The notes beneath the pieces were generated by a model. The model was not told the DNA's origin and did not search any database. It saw nothing but the letters and a program-made list of their open reading frames with translations. A program made the position numbers and the translations under genes. 64,000 nucleotides of DNA from Pseudogymnoascus verrucosus (Eukaryota): NCBI GenBank assembly GCA_001662655.1, contig KV460206.1; one strand, written 5' to 3'. This document shows positions 1-12,049 of this stretch, one piece after another. Within the stretch, counting starts at the first letter, position 1. Each line of letters opens with the position of its first letter.

Positions 1-297
1 AAAGTAAGCAATCAATCTGGTCATTAGGGCCCGCAAAACGCCTTCCCAAACCGTCCAGGCCATGAGCCTAATTGTACTAGCCTTTCCCATGCGCCAGGGC
101 CGTCCCACCGTACGAAATCTTATATATGCACCCGCCGTTTCATGAGCCGACAACCCGACGCCACCACGCCATCCTCGTGGTGTCAGCTGCCGCATGCGCA
201 ATCTACACCAAAATCAAACCCCTAAACTGTCCATTCACCCCAATGCAGCCGTACCTGAAAAAGGAAAGTTTAATTTCGAGAAGGTGAGTGCTTTGGC

Positions 298-1938
298 TTA
301 GGGCCTTGGCGGGGCTTCTTCACTTGTCGCATTGGGACCTGGTCCACTAGACCTCGTGGTTGTCGTATTGGCGGTTGTTTCCGTCGCGCTTGTCGCTGGT
401 GCAGATGTTTCATCCTGCGCATTACTCGACCTCGTACGGACCGAGAACCTATCTCTCAGCCTATCGGCCAGACTTAATCTATTTCGCGACCCCTCGGCAG
501 AAACGGCTGATGAGGCAGGCTCTGTCGGCTGGTGCTGACCGGATTCCCTGGCTAGCTGCCTCAGAATGGCCATGCGTTCATGGACAGGCGCGTGGCGCGT
601 AGCCAGGATCCTTTGGACCCGAGACTGGTGGACAGCTTCAGCGGGTACAGCTGGCGTTTGGTCGGCATCCGTTGGGGAAGAGGGCTCGCCGGCACTCAAA
701 TTACTGCGCACAGGCCGAAGATCAACGCGGCTGGGGAAGATTAGAGTGAGCATGAAACAAGCGGTGGGGTATCTACTTACCATAAGGGGCACGTTCCGGA
801 GACATTCAGTAGCCAAGGGTCAATACATGCTGGGTGATATTGATGGTTACAGGGTAAGACCCTGACATTCTCCCCTTTTGTAAAATCCTCTGTGCAAATA
901 GAGCATCCAAGGTGTTCGTCCGGGGTCTCAGGGTTTGGTTGAGGAGTTGAACCCACTTCATTAGATTCGGAGGAAGATGTCGCAATATCCGCTTCAACAG
1001 GGATTGCATCCTGCTGCGGGCTACCCTTCTTATCGCTGTCAGTTGCCACGTGTGCTGCTTTAGGTTCTTCTGATGTGTTTGCGTCGTCAAGTTCTATATC
1101 CCGGTTCCCCGCCTTTGGTGGTAGGGGGTCTCCAAACTTCACAATTGGAAGGGTCTCAAGCATTGCTTTGGCAAGCCCCTTCGCCCGACTCTGCCTCGGA
1201 CGGCCGGCAAAGCCAGTCCTTGGACCATATCTTGCCGGATTGTTGTGAGCGCGCCAGGCGCCTGTGGTGATGATGACGAGGAAGAGCACTGTGACAATGC
1301 CAGTAACAGCATATAGTACGCTCATAGCCACTGCCGGAGTTTGATTTCGTTGTGTCGGCTGGTTTTCGCCCTGGGCTGTTTCAGGTCGAATCGTTGCAGT
1401 CGCCGATGTCGACGACGACACCAACATTTGCATAGCATTCGCTGAGACGTTCCTCAGTGTGTAGTAGTCTGCGAACGAGCCGACGTCCTTGACGCTACAG
1501 TGGGCGGACGCGAGGCTGTATAACACAATGGCGCCTGGGTTCTTGGGGACGATTAAGTCGATGACGGCGTCTTGAGTTAGGAAGGATGAGTTTGTTGAGT
1601 CGCACGATACCAATGCAATATCGCCCTTATTGACCTCTCCTGCACCAGCACCATTCGTAGTCACGGACTTGAAGCTCCCTTGAATATTGGTCTGTTACAT
1701 TAGCTGGCATACAATGGAAAGAGTTTATTATGGAGTTACGAACACTGGCTCTGATACTCCCGCCCCTACCGGCCTGTGCCGTCAAGGGCTCAACCAGAGG
1801 AGTCAGGGTTCCTTGTGGGGACTCCCATACCAACGTCAGTTGCGTGGCTTGCTTTGATAATGCGGCGTCCGAGCCAAATACGTCGACAGCACCGACCATC
1901 GAGGTGAACAGGAGGAAGAGAAGGGCGTGGATAGCCAT
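298..1938 (-). CDS. PA-TM-RING-H2 type membrane E3 ubiquitin ligase (RNF13/GRAIL-like); exons 1938-1744, 1691-781, 730-298
   Basis: Signal peptide MAIHALLFLLFTSMVGA, a luminal PA-like region and a TM helix (VAMSVLYAVTGIVTVLFLVIIITGAW-like). RING-H2 motif CSICTEDF...LPCNHQYHPACIDPWLLNVSGTCPLC, whose last Cys is rebuilt across a GTAAGT..CTAAT..CAG intron. Both introns keep frame. Confidence 0.88.
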
Positions 1939-2964
1939 GGTAGGCGAAACGATTTGGGTGCCCTCCCAGCGTCTGTCTGTCTGTATATGCTCAAGCAGCC
2001 TGTCGCCTTTCACACTCCGCCTCTTCACATCTGGGGAGACCTTGGCCGCGAGGTGTGAATCTTATAGATTTCGAATGCCAAAGTGTATTTGGAAGGTGAT
2101 TGCGTGGACGGTGCGGCTCACCATCCTTGGTATGAATTTGGAATAAGTTTGGTCGAGGTATGACGGAAACGAATGATATTGAGAGAGCTGGGCGGCAGTG
2201 CCGGCACCGCTGGTAGTGGTCGTAGTAGTGTCTTTTGGTGGCAGAGTCGTGGATGGTCTATCTCTATTGGTAGTGTTGGTAGTATTGGTACAGCTGGAAA
2301 TGTGACAGGTGGGGAATTGTGGGTGGTGCACTCCGATGTCCATGGAGTGGAGTGAGCAAAGTGCGGGCGGCGGTCGGCGATAAGGATAAGCGCCTCTTTG
2401 CATAGCCTCCACAACCCCTTCGGCAGTGGAATTCGAGACGGTTTCAACGTAGCCTCACCATACAAATATCAACAACTAGGCTCAAATCGCGGCTAGGCTC
2501 GTCGTGAGTACGGATACGATCTATCCGGTCGTATTTAACCACACTTTCACTGGCAAAGCTTACTCAGACGCGGCGTAGAGCTCCGACACCGCGCGTAGTT
2601 AATCCGCAGCACGGTCGGCTCAAGCGGAGAGACTTGATTACTCTATACTCTTGTCTAGGTGATTGGATTCAGATTTGGAATCATACAAACAATTGAATAG
2701 TATTTTCCTGAATAATCTCTGCCGGCGCAGCCGCCCAGTAGGTCACGAGCAGCCTTGCAGCATCTATCATGTCATCGGCAGTTACCCGACTTGCACAGTG
2801 GTTGTAATAGGGCAATCTTGTGGCTGTGGCTTCCAGACGGGAGGCTGGGCCTTGCCCATATCAACGCCATCCATGGTATTGACTAAACAACTGTCACGCC
2901 TACTGGAGCTTCTAAACTTCACTGAGCTAGGTGGCGTGCATCTTGAGCGTAATGTGTGACCTAC

Positions 2965-3836
2965 TCAGATCTCCTCCATATCATCTAAATCGTCAACGGG
3001 TTCCCAGTCGCCGACCTCCACCCGCTCTGGCCTCACAAACACTCCATGCTTGGGTCCCCCCTCCTCCCCCCAGTATCTGGTGCCACCGACACTGCCATCA
3101 TTCTTTCCCACCGGTTCATCCAATCTCACGCCCACCCAAGAACCCAATGATCCTGGAATCTCCTCCACATCCCCAACGTACATGATCTCGCCCCGGCGAC
3201 TGTCGTCCCCCCCCACACGGCACCTCTTACCAACGGCAATGCCCCTCGAATCGATTTCGGTCTGGTAGGCCTTGATCTTGGCTTCCTCGATAGTAGGTGC
3301 GTCGGGATTGAAGCGTCCGAGCTTCTGTGCCTTCTTCCATGCAAGCACGCTGTCGCTCTTCTGCTCGTATTCCTCAGCAGGCATCACATACTTCTCGACG
3401 GTGGAGGCATCGGTGAAGTTTGGGCGTGCGCCGGGAGGGCGAGTGTCGGCAACCTGGATCGTATTAGATTTATTTTTCGAGTAATGACAGTGCAATGAAT
3501 GAATACGATTCCGTAACCAGTGCATTTGACCATATAGCTATCAAATGAAAGGCTCCTTCAGGATTGTGCATCACGTGACGGACATAGACTCACGTGTAGC
3601 TCGGCGTAAGGGGCCAAGGGGAAGGAAGCAAGTTGAGTGTTCTCTTCATCCGCGGCTTCAACGGGAATGCCCTGTTGGTTGACACGGAGTGTGATCTTCT
3701 GCGACAACGGAGGTACGCCTGTGACGGCCTCGAGCTTCGACTTCAGCTGGCCGATGGTCCATGAGGGTGTGATTCGGCGCTCCGATGAAGAGTTATCCGA
3801 AGTAATGAGAAGGGGGATATCTCCTGCGGTCTGCAT
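2965..3836 (-). CDS. ALF1: Tubulin-folding cofactor B (Ubl + CAP-Gly; Alf1/Alp11-like); exons 3836-3594, 3453-2965
   Basis: N-terminal Ubl domain (SERRITPSWTIGQLKSKLEAVTGVP) and CAP-Gly motif WVGVRLDEPVGKNDGSVGGTRYW...GVFVRP. C-terminus is EEI. Intron GTGAGT..CTAAT..CAG. Confidence 0.93.
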
Positions 3837-6800
3837 TGTGACGACTTTGATCCTGTGGGAGTCTAGGCGTTAGAGTGATGAGATTTGGGAGCCTTTCTGT
3901 TGTATTCGGTGTATATAGAATAAATAATATTGACACGAGTAGTAGGGATATAAGGCACCTCTCTTCTTTCATCCGAACGGCAGTGCTAGCGTCCCTCCAC
4001 AATTGGGAGCTCCAGACCCTCGTCCTCTATAATTTGTAAGCTCTCAACGCATATACCCCCCAACCCTAAATAGCCATTGGGCATCGTCGAAAAGCCTCAA
4101 TGCGAGCCGAATCGGGGTATTCATAAATTATCCGGTCTTTTTTCATCTGATCTTCGGGATGCTTGATCGCTCCCATGGTTTGTGCTTTCTACCCCTCCTG
4201 TTGCCTCATCTTATTATAACACGGAGACACGGGTCACACACAGTACAGTGCTATAATAAAATGCCAATTCTAACCCCTCCTTTACAACAGCTAGCTCTTT
4301 GAGTACATTCGCAGGCAAGTACCTCCAACAGGCCACCCATCCACGACCAGTTTGAGGAGACGCCTTGGCTTTTCTCGGGTCGTGCGCAGTCCGGACGTGC
4401 TGCTATTCTTGCGCGCAATGGGTGTCGTCGTCCTGTATCTGATGTCGCCGTTGGCTTGGAGGCGTTTGCAGATCAAGCTTGGATGTGGTCCTTCATCTAT
4501 CATACCCCCCATCATCCCTCCACCCCTCCTCCACCACCACCAACAAAGACCTTTTTTTGTCGTCATCAGCATGGGGCCATCATTCCACCTCGGTCTCTAA
4601 GCCTCCAATACGGAGGTAAGGTTTGCGTACCATGCTGGCCCTTGTCGCATCACCCTGTCACCCACATACACCGCTCAAACATGGGCTCGCTCGATCTGAG
4701 ACGTCCCTCATTTTAGCCTCCTTTCTTGCCGTTCGGGGCAGGTTGCAGGCGCCACAGGTCACAATCCGTTGTGGATTTCTCCATGGAACAAGCTGAGCTG
4801 CAACATCCATGTCTAGACCGCCCAAACCGTACGGCATGAATCCCTTCGGCACAGTTCCGGGGGCTTATGTATGGGACTGGCGGTGGGGTTGATATCCTAT
4901 ACCGTTTTCCCCCTTGTGCAACTCGCCGACACGACGCAAACGCCGCAAGAAGGCTAGGCCAACCACATTACAATACGTTCGAATTGTCTTTGAATTGTCA
5001 TTACGACCGACAACAATCCAGCCTCCCGTGTCACAATGCCCTTCTTCGGCATGCAGGAATCCATCCCGAACGTCTTCCGCGCGACATCTAATAGCGGGTC
5101 TATCCCATGGTGAAGTACCATATGCCCTGTCCAAGTCCGTGCGCTGATTGGATTCGTCTGATTTTATACCTCACCAAGAAGCGCTCACTATGCTATCAAT
5201 GCATTGTTGGCCGCCAATACTTATAGCTTCAAACCATTGTGGTCGAGGAAAAGGTGCCTTTTGAGGCCCAGAACACACCTACTAGAGAGTCTCAGACGTC
5301 GGCCGGCGGCTTAGAGGTGGTATCAAACTCGGACTGTCGATTATCGTCTTAGAAAATCTTCCGAGGTATCATTGAAGCCGCACACCGCCAAATGTAATAT
5401 CCCGTCGCATCAAATTCCAGATCAAGCAAACTTTTAATAGAGTCATGCGTAATTGGAGGCGTTGATCATCTCTGGCCGACTTTGCAAACGGTTACCTTGC
5501 TTGGCGTGGGTTCCTGCTTGGAAAAGGCTCCCAACTCGACATGGAGCCATATTGAGGCGGCTCATATCGTGGCATCGGAACCTGTTCCTCGGATTTTCCG
5601 GGGCTCTTGGAATTTGCCCTGTCGGTAGCTGAGTACTGCAAGTCATGGATCCAAAGCGGACTCGCGCCTCGCGGCCCAGGGAGAGGCACGCGCATTGATG
5701 CAAGTCAATGCACGCAATTCAGATCTTGCCTGGATTGAAGGCCCCTGACCTTGCCTACCTTGCAGGCCAGACCGCCAGTTCTCTCCTCCAAGCGCCCAAA
5801 GTGGAATCCTAAAGCCCCAGAACTCGTGCCTGGGGTAAGCTACTCCACCCGAACAATTCTATTGTAACTATCCTATACAGTGTCAAAATACGAATGCTCC
5901 ACCCACCATGCGTACGTACTGATACTACAAGATCCCTGACGCTACCATGCACTACTATGCTAGAGTGCAGTAACGCGATATATCCATCTAGGAATACGCA
6001 CAGACGCCCGCCGCTTTCCCCAATCTTAAAGAAGACACTCATGAGGTCGCAGCTGTGTCGTGGGAGAGCATCCGTATTCCTTAGAAGGAGATTTTATTCT
6101 CCGAGCCCTGTTGCAACTACCACCAAGGGCCCCTGGAGGGTTCGTCCCAACCATTCTCAGCCACCACTTCGTGAGCCCTATGCGCTGCCGAGGGCGTTCT
6201 GCCACCAAAATTACAAGGTAGCTGGGGTACAACACCTGCACAGCTGGCCATTTTTGGAGTATAGATGGACTTGTTCATGCACGAATTCGTGGCATGATGC
6301 TCCGTAAGTCACCACTCTACCCTTTCCCCTACGCCCGCACCAACGTCGGTCATCCCTGCCCACATGCCCCTCCATATCTGATCAGCGCTACTCTATATGC
6401 ACTGTGCATCTTCCCGGACATCTCCCCTCAGACCCATTGTGATCCATGTTACCGCCGCCTGAGATCGTGGATTTCGATCTACCTTCTGATGCCACTGGTG
6501 GTCCTCTTTTCCTTCCTGTCTCATCTTATTGGTCCAGCATTACATCTTGACACTGCCAATCATGCTATCAGCAAATTAACCTAGGCGAGCTCCCCCGCCG
6601 TCCTGGGAGCTTGCTAACATAAAGTCATAGCCTCCTTCAAGTACTAGAGAACTGCCGTTGAATTTATCCCCCTCTACCCCAACCTGTCATTCTATTCTTC
6701 CAGAGATAGGAACCCTGACCCAGCCGGTTTTGTCCTTTACTGTCGCTACCCAGGCAAAGTTTAGCACGACTCATCAAGCTTTGGCCTCCAATTCGTCTCC

Positions 6801-6915
6801 ACGGCGCCGTCGATAAGAGAGCAGGCTGAATTATAGCAACATTTCCGGATACGGGTATTCAGAAGACGTGGCAGGAACGTCAGCCGTGACGGCTCTCGCC
6901 ATCAGAACCGTCAAG

Positions 6916-8076
6916 GTGGATATCTCCCACCTTCTCGGGGCCTCGGACTCGAATGAGCCCCCTCCTCCAGCCAGGCCGGCGACCACGAGCCCGACTTCTC
7001 TGCCAGCAATAACAACGGTTGAAAGCGTTCATCCATATTCAACAGCACAAACCAGTGGCGCTGGAGGGAAACGCAGCATGCCTGCACATCCGTCAGAGAC
7101 GCCAGCTAAGAAGCAAAGCAAGTGGTCGCCGGAAGAAGACGCCCTGATTATTGACCTGAGAGGAGGTGGCATGAAATGGGAAGATATATCAAAGCGTTTA
7201 CCAGGGCGAAGTGCTATAAGTTGCAGGTTGCACTATCAAAATTACCTCGAGAGGAGAAGTGAGTGGGATGAGGAGCGGAAAAATAAGTTGGCGAGACTTT
7301 ACGAGAGGTATGTACATGACCTCCACATTCCTGGGACTTGCCAGATTGTCATAATTGTGATCCTGGGATACAAGCTATGAGCTTCACCCCACTCCCCCCC
7401 CCCCAGCCTCCGAGCACACAGCTGATGACTTTACTTTAGGTTTAAACCAGAAATGTGGGCCAAGGTCGCCGAAGAGATGGGCGTTCCATGGCGGGCAGCG
7501 GAGGCCATGCATTGGCAGCTTGGAGAGGCCGACATGGCACGCCGCGCAGGCGTTGTCCCATTCTCACTTTCAAGCGCTCCCGTCGACACCCCCGCCCATG
7601 GGCACGCGAGACCACTATCATCACGCGGCCACTCGCACTCACAATCCCTCTCATCCCCAACTGCATCTACGATGGGCAGTTCAGTACCCTCTTCCCGATA
7701 TTATCGTGAGGGACCCGCTACACGTTCGATAGCTGCACGGCGGCAGAGCATGCCGAGAGGTGGGTTGTCCACTTCCCCATCAGATGGGTACATATATGGC
7801 GGAATCGGAATGGGGCAGGGCATGGGGATGCCAATGACGGGACCCCCGCCCATGCTGCCCAGCGTAGCAGAGATGACAACAGGAATGAGCCCATACAGCA
7901 CACCAGCATACTCAGTATCAGCATCCATGGCTGGCGGACAACCACGTTCTAGCCCGGGCTCTACTTTGCCCTCCATAGGCTATGCTTTACCTCCAAATTT
8001 ACCACCGATGCCAGAAGGAAAGAGTCGCAGCCCTGACCCAGGTCAAGGGGGAACTAGAAGACGGCAGGACCGATAG
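6916..8076 (+). CDS. Myb/SANT DNA-binding transcription factor; exons 6916 (putative GUG; first in-frame AUG 7078)-7307, 7440-8076
   Basis: Myb repeat KWSPEEDALIIDLRGGGMKWEDISKRLPGRSAISCRLHYQNYL, followed by a second repeat (WDEERKNKLARLYER|FKPEMWAKVAEEMGVPWRAAEAMHWQL). Intron 7308-7439 GTATGT..GCTGAT..TAG. The start codon is uncertain. Confidence 0.88.
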
Positions 8077-8769
8077 ACACAGAAGAACGCAAACACAATT
8101 CACTAATACAGCTAAGCGCACTACATGGGAGGATCAGAATATCGCACCGCTGTGTGCGACTTGACTACGATTGAAAAAAATGATGCATGGGTTGGTTTGG
8201 CGCAAAATGCATAGCGTGGCCTGGGGAAATGAATAGAAGACGACTTGATGACAACTTTGGATGGACTTTGGTGGACACGGAGATTTAACATGGAGATGCT
8301 TCTGATTCCTTCGATTCTTTTACTTCTTTTTATCCTTCTTCTGGCAAGATTGGACTTTTTATTTTATTTTTTACTTCTATTCCTTTTTTGTCTATTCACC
8401 ACACTTGGCAATAATGTATTACTAGATTATCGTTATTTCATAGAATGACTCAATATAGAGCCATGTTCCTTCAAACCTAGCCCTACAGTCGCTGACAGCA
8501 TCCATACCATCCCCAGTGCCCGATGGGTTTTGAGCAAGAGGCACCCAATGCCTGGTGTGTGAATGTAGCCTTGGCTTGGCACACATTTGACGCACATTCC
8601 TGTGCAAACTGTTTCATACCGGTGACGAAGCACAGGTGACGCCTTGGACACGTGGCGGTCGCCTTGTCCAACACTATAGTATAATGCGATATGAATTATA
8701 TAGCATAGGGCTATACCCGCTGACTCGAGGCCAGAATCTCTCGTGGACGGTTCTTTCCGCATAAGATTC

Positions 8770-9489
8770 TCAGGTAGGTGCGCTGTTTGGTGTCGCAATT
8801 GCCCACCAGTTGTCCTTCTCATAACCAGATTTAACGACCTGTCCTCCAGCCGAACGGATGTTTTCTTCAAGCTCGCCCGACTTATATAAGTGGTAATACC
8901 TCTGATACGTCGTTTCTTTGGGCTCGGAAACTTCTCCATCTGGAAGCTGCTGCTTCCCCGTCTTCATCACCCAAGGCACCATAACATCCTGTTCGTGGCC
9001 TTCATCCCATCCTCTCCTGCTCGTCTTCTGCTCCAGTGCCCAGACGTAGATTAGTGCCTGGCCCCCAGCCTTTAAACACTCTAGGATTGCGCCAATGGCC
9101 GCTGTCCGCCTCTCGGGGGTCGACAGGTGGTGCACTACGGCAATGCTAATCGCAAAGTCAAAGCGTCCAGCGCCCGCACCACCGCCATGTGGCAAGGAAA
9201 GGTTATCTGCCACGACGGCAGAATGTGGCTGGTGCTGGGCCGCGATCTTGGCCAGGTTGGTAGAGCGATCGCTGGCAACTATGAAGACGTCTTGGTTGAC
9301 TGTCAGGTATTTGCCGTTGCCGCATCCGACATCCAGTCCCACGGACCCAGCCTCAAGACCGAGCAGAAATTCATTGACGATGGGCCATGGCTTGTAGCGA
9401 GTTTGCGAGAAGTGGCTTGCGATTTGCTCATACACCTCGTGAACATGCTGCTCCTCATAGGCCTCGGGTTTGAGGGTTGGCTCCGCCAT
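8770..9489 (-). CDS. TRM9: tRNA (carboxymethyluridine-34) methyltransferase Trm9
   Basis: Motifs EEQHVHEVYEQIASHFSQTRYKPWP, LDVGCGNGKY, DFAISIAVVHHLST, YVWALEQ, RYYHLY and YEKDNW. Single exon, 239 aa. Confidence 0.95.
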   Translation of the reverse strand: MAEPTLKPEAYEEQHVHEVYEQIASHFSQTRYKPWPIVNEFLLGLEAGSVGLDVGCGNGKYLTVNQDVFIVASDRSTNLAKIAAQHQPHSAVVADNLSLPHGGGAGAGRFDFAISIAVVHHLSTPERRTAAIGAILECLKAGGQALIYVWALEQKTSRRGWDEGHEQDVMVPWVMKTGKQQLPDGEVSEPKETTYQRYYHLYKSGELEENIRSAGGQVVKSGYEKDNWWAIATPNSAPT

Positions 9490-10590
9490 TTCGGTTTGGA
9501 AAAGGCTGACGTTATATCAAGGTAGCGGCAGGGTGAGACATGGCACACTCGCTGTATATAAAAAGTACTTTGTGAGATGGTGTCTCTGTGGTTTGGTGGG
9601 GGAATTTGTGTTTTCAAATTCCGCGTTTCGTGATATGTGAGCGCAATCGCTCCGTCGTTTAGCACGTGACTTTTCTCCAATTGAGCGATAAGTACTGCAG
9701 GATTAATGTCACACCGCCTGCTGGATAGAGTTTAGTGGGCAACCCGACCGCGTAAAAGTTTTGGTGGGAAGCTGTGTGGGGAAAGGTCGGTTCAAACATT
9801 GGAGGGCTATCGCCACGACTTTTCTGCGAGCGCTTCACCGTTGAGCGTCCTGTATCGCCTCAATAATTTGCTGAGCGTTTGAGCATCGTGAGAACTCTAT
9901 CGCATCATTATTCTGGAGCGACGCGCCTGATCCGACCACCGCAAAACTCCCGGGGCGCATGTTCTCGCTTGTACTCGCTCTTTCCATCTACCCCAAACGA
10001 TAATCGCAGAATCTTCGAAGAAAGCCTCGAGCCGAGAATATTTCTCATATTTCACCTGAAATATATGCTACATACTACTATACGTATATACGAACAACTC
10101 CCGAAAGACCACACCTTCGTTTTGCCCGTCTCGATGTTTATTGAAGCACTTTGCGCTGGAAGACTCAATCGCTGGTGTCTTAACCTCCTCCAAATATTCA
10201 ATAAAGGCTCAGGCGACCACCAGAGACTGTATTGAGCGGGCTAGTGCAAAGGCTGCCCGTTGGTGCTTTATTATTGCATTGAGCGTTGCTATTGTTCGCC
10301 TATCGAATTCTATTATCGGTGGGAAGATTCCCATTGTCGCTAGATAGCTCCATTGGCGACTGGCATTTTATTCTTGGATAAAGATCACAAGGATAAAGAT
10401 CAAGAGCGATAATATGAACTAAAGAGGTGCGTATATATATGAGATCCTCTTATGGACTCGCCACTTCTTCCTTTCCGACTTTCTCACCTTCAAACTTCCG
10501 TTGGCTCATACAATATCAGCTTCTGAAATTCCAACAAAAGCAAGACGAGTTTGAACTACAACAAAATCCTTCCTCAAAAAATACATTGCT

Positions 10591-12049
10591 ATGGCTACAG
10601 TAGCCATTCAACAGCCTATCCCTCCTCGGTCCCCAATGATCCGAAAGCGGACCTTTTCGTCGTCCAGCGACGGGATGCACTACGGGCCGAGAGTAAGCAA
10701 ACAACCCAAAACTGCCCGACGGCAATCCAGCCCGCAGCGCAGCCCGCAGCGTAGCCCACAGCGCAAACGGAAGCTGCCGGTCCCTGAAGAGAAGAAGAAG
10801 CTTGACTCTGCCTTTGTGGGAGGCGCAAAGGTGGACCTGGAATATGGCTTTGTACCACCAACTGCCAGTAACCGTGATCGTCACTCAGCGGCGAAGGAAG
10901 CTCAAGCTGGCCTTGAGAAGAAATGTGCCGAGCGTCAGGCAATGGTAAGCAACCCGGTCGGTAGAGACTCTGTATATGCTTCTGACACAAGATCAGGCGG
11001 CGACCGTGTCCGAGGAGTGGATGGAAAGGATCTCTATGAAGCAGCCTGGGTTTGATAACATCAAGATGTCCAGGTGTTATCGCCATAGCTTGCTGCAGGC
11101 CTTACTGCATATCCCTAAGCTTGTGAATTGGCTATTAGAGTTTCACAAACTCGGCGAATGTAAATTCACCGTATTCCTTCTCTCGTTTTAGGTTCTAACC
11201 TGCTACAGGCTGCAGTCATCGCCCAGCGGTTTGCATCGCGTGCAAGTTGAGAGATCTTGCTACCCTTTATTGGGTCCAAAACTCTTCACGCCAAGAGATC
11301 TATGCGCTATTGAAGGACATAGATCGCACTCTGGCCATTCGTAAGTAGCGCTGGCTACCTTTCCCTTACGTAGGGCTAACATGGCTCTTTCAGGCGGCTG
11401 GGCAACAGACAATCCGGAGGAATATGGTGACCCGGATGACCAGTTTACGGCAATGCTGGAGATGATGTCGGAGGACATGGGGGCGATGGGCCACACTAGG
11501 TTCCAAGCCATTCATAGTACTCTGCTCACCTCTAGTATCCGTTGCTCCTCGTGTGGTCATACCACCGATCCCCACCACTCCGCGGAACGGACTCTCTCAG
11601 TGCCTCTTGAGTCCTCCCTCAGTGGATCCAGCCTCGAGGTTTTCGTTGCCGCTTTCCTTCGAGACAAGATCTCGGGTTACAGATGTGAGGGATGCCAGAA
11701 GCCCGTCAATGTGACCCGAGATGTCAAAATCGCATCGCCAGCAGACGTGATCTCTGTTCAGCTCAAGAGGGCAGGATGGAATGGGACCATCAAGACCAAG
11801 GTTGGGATCACGCGGGTGCTCGACCTGACGAAGCACGCCGTGGACGGTTCTACCGAACTCCGATACGAGCTGGTCTCGACGGTGTCTCATCAGGGGAATA
11901 GCCGGTTCGGACACTATATCGCCCACGCTGTTGGTCCTGATGGGAAGTGGACGGAGTTTAACGACGAGTGCACACGAAAAGTGAGCCCAAAGGCTGTGCT
12001 CATGCCGGCTGGCTTCAAACCCGTCTTATTATACTATAAGCGGGTGTAG
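10591..12049 (+). CDS. Divergent USP/peptidase C19 deubiquitinase-like protein; exons 10591-10944, 10997-11159, 11209-11340, 11394-12049
   Basis: Cys box-like GFDNIKMSRCYRHSLLQALLHIP, zinc-ribbon CxxC pairs (CSSC, CEGC) and VISVQLKR. His box YELVSTVSHQGNSRFGHYIAHA..WTEFNDE. Three canonical introns splice in frame. Confidence 0.82.
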
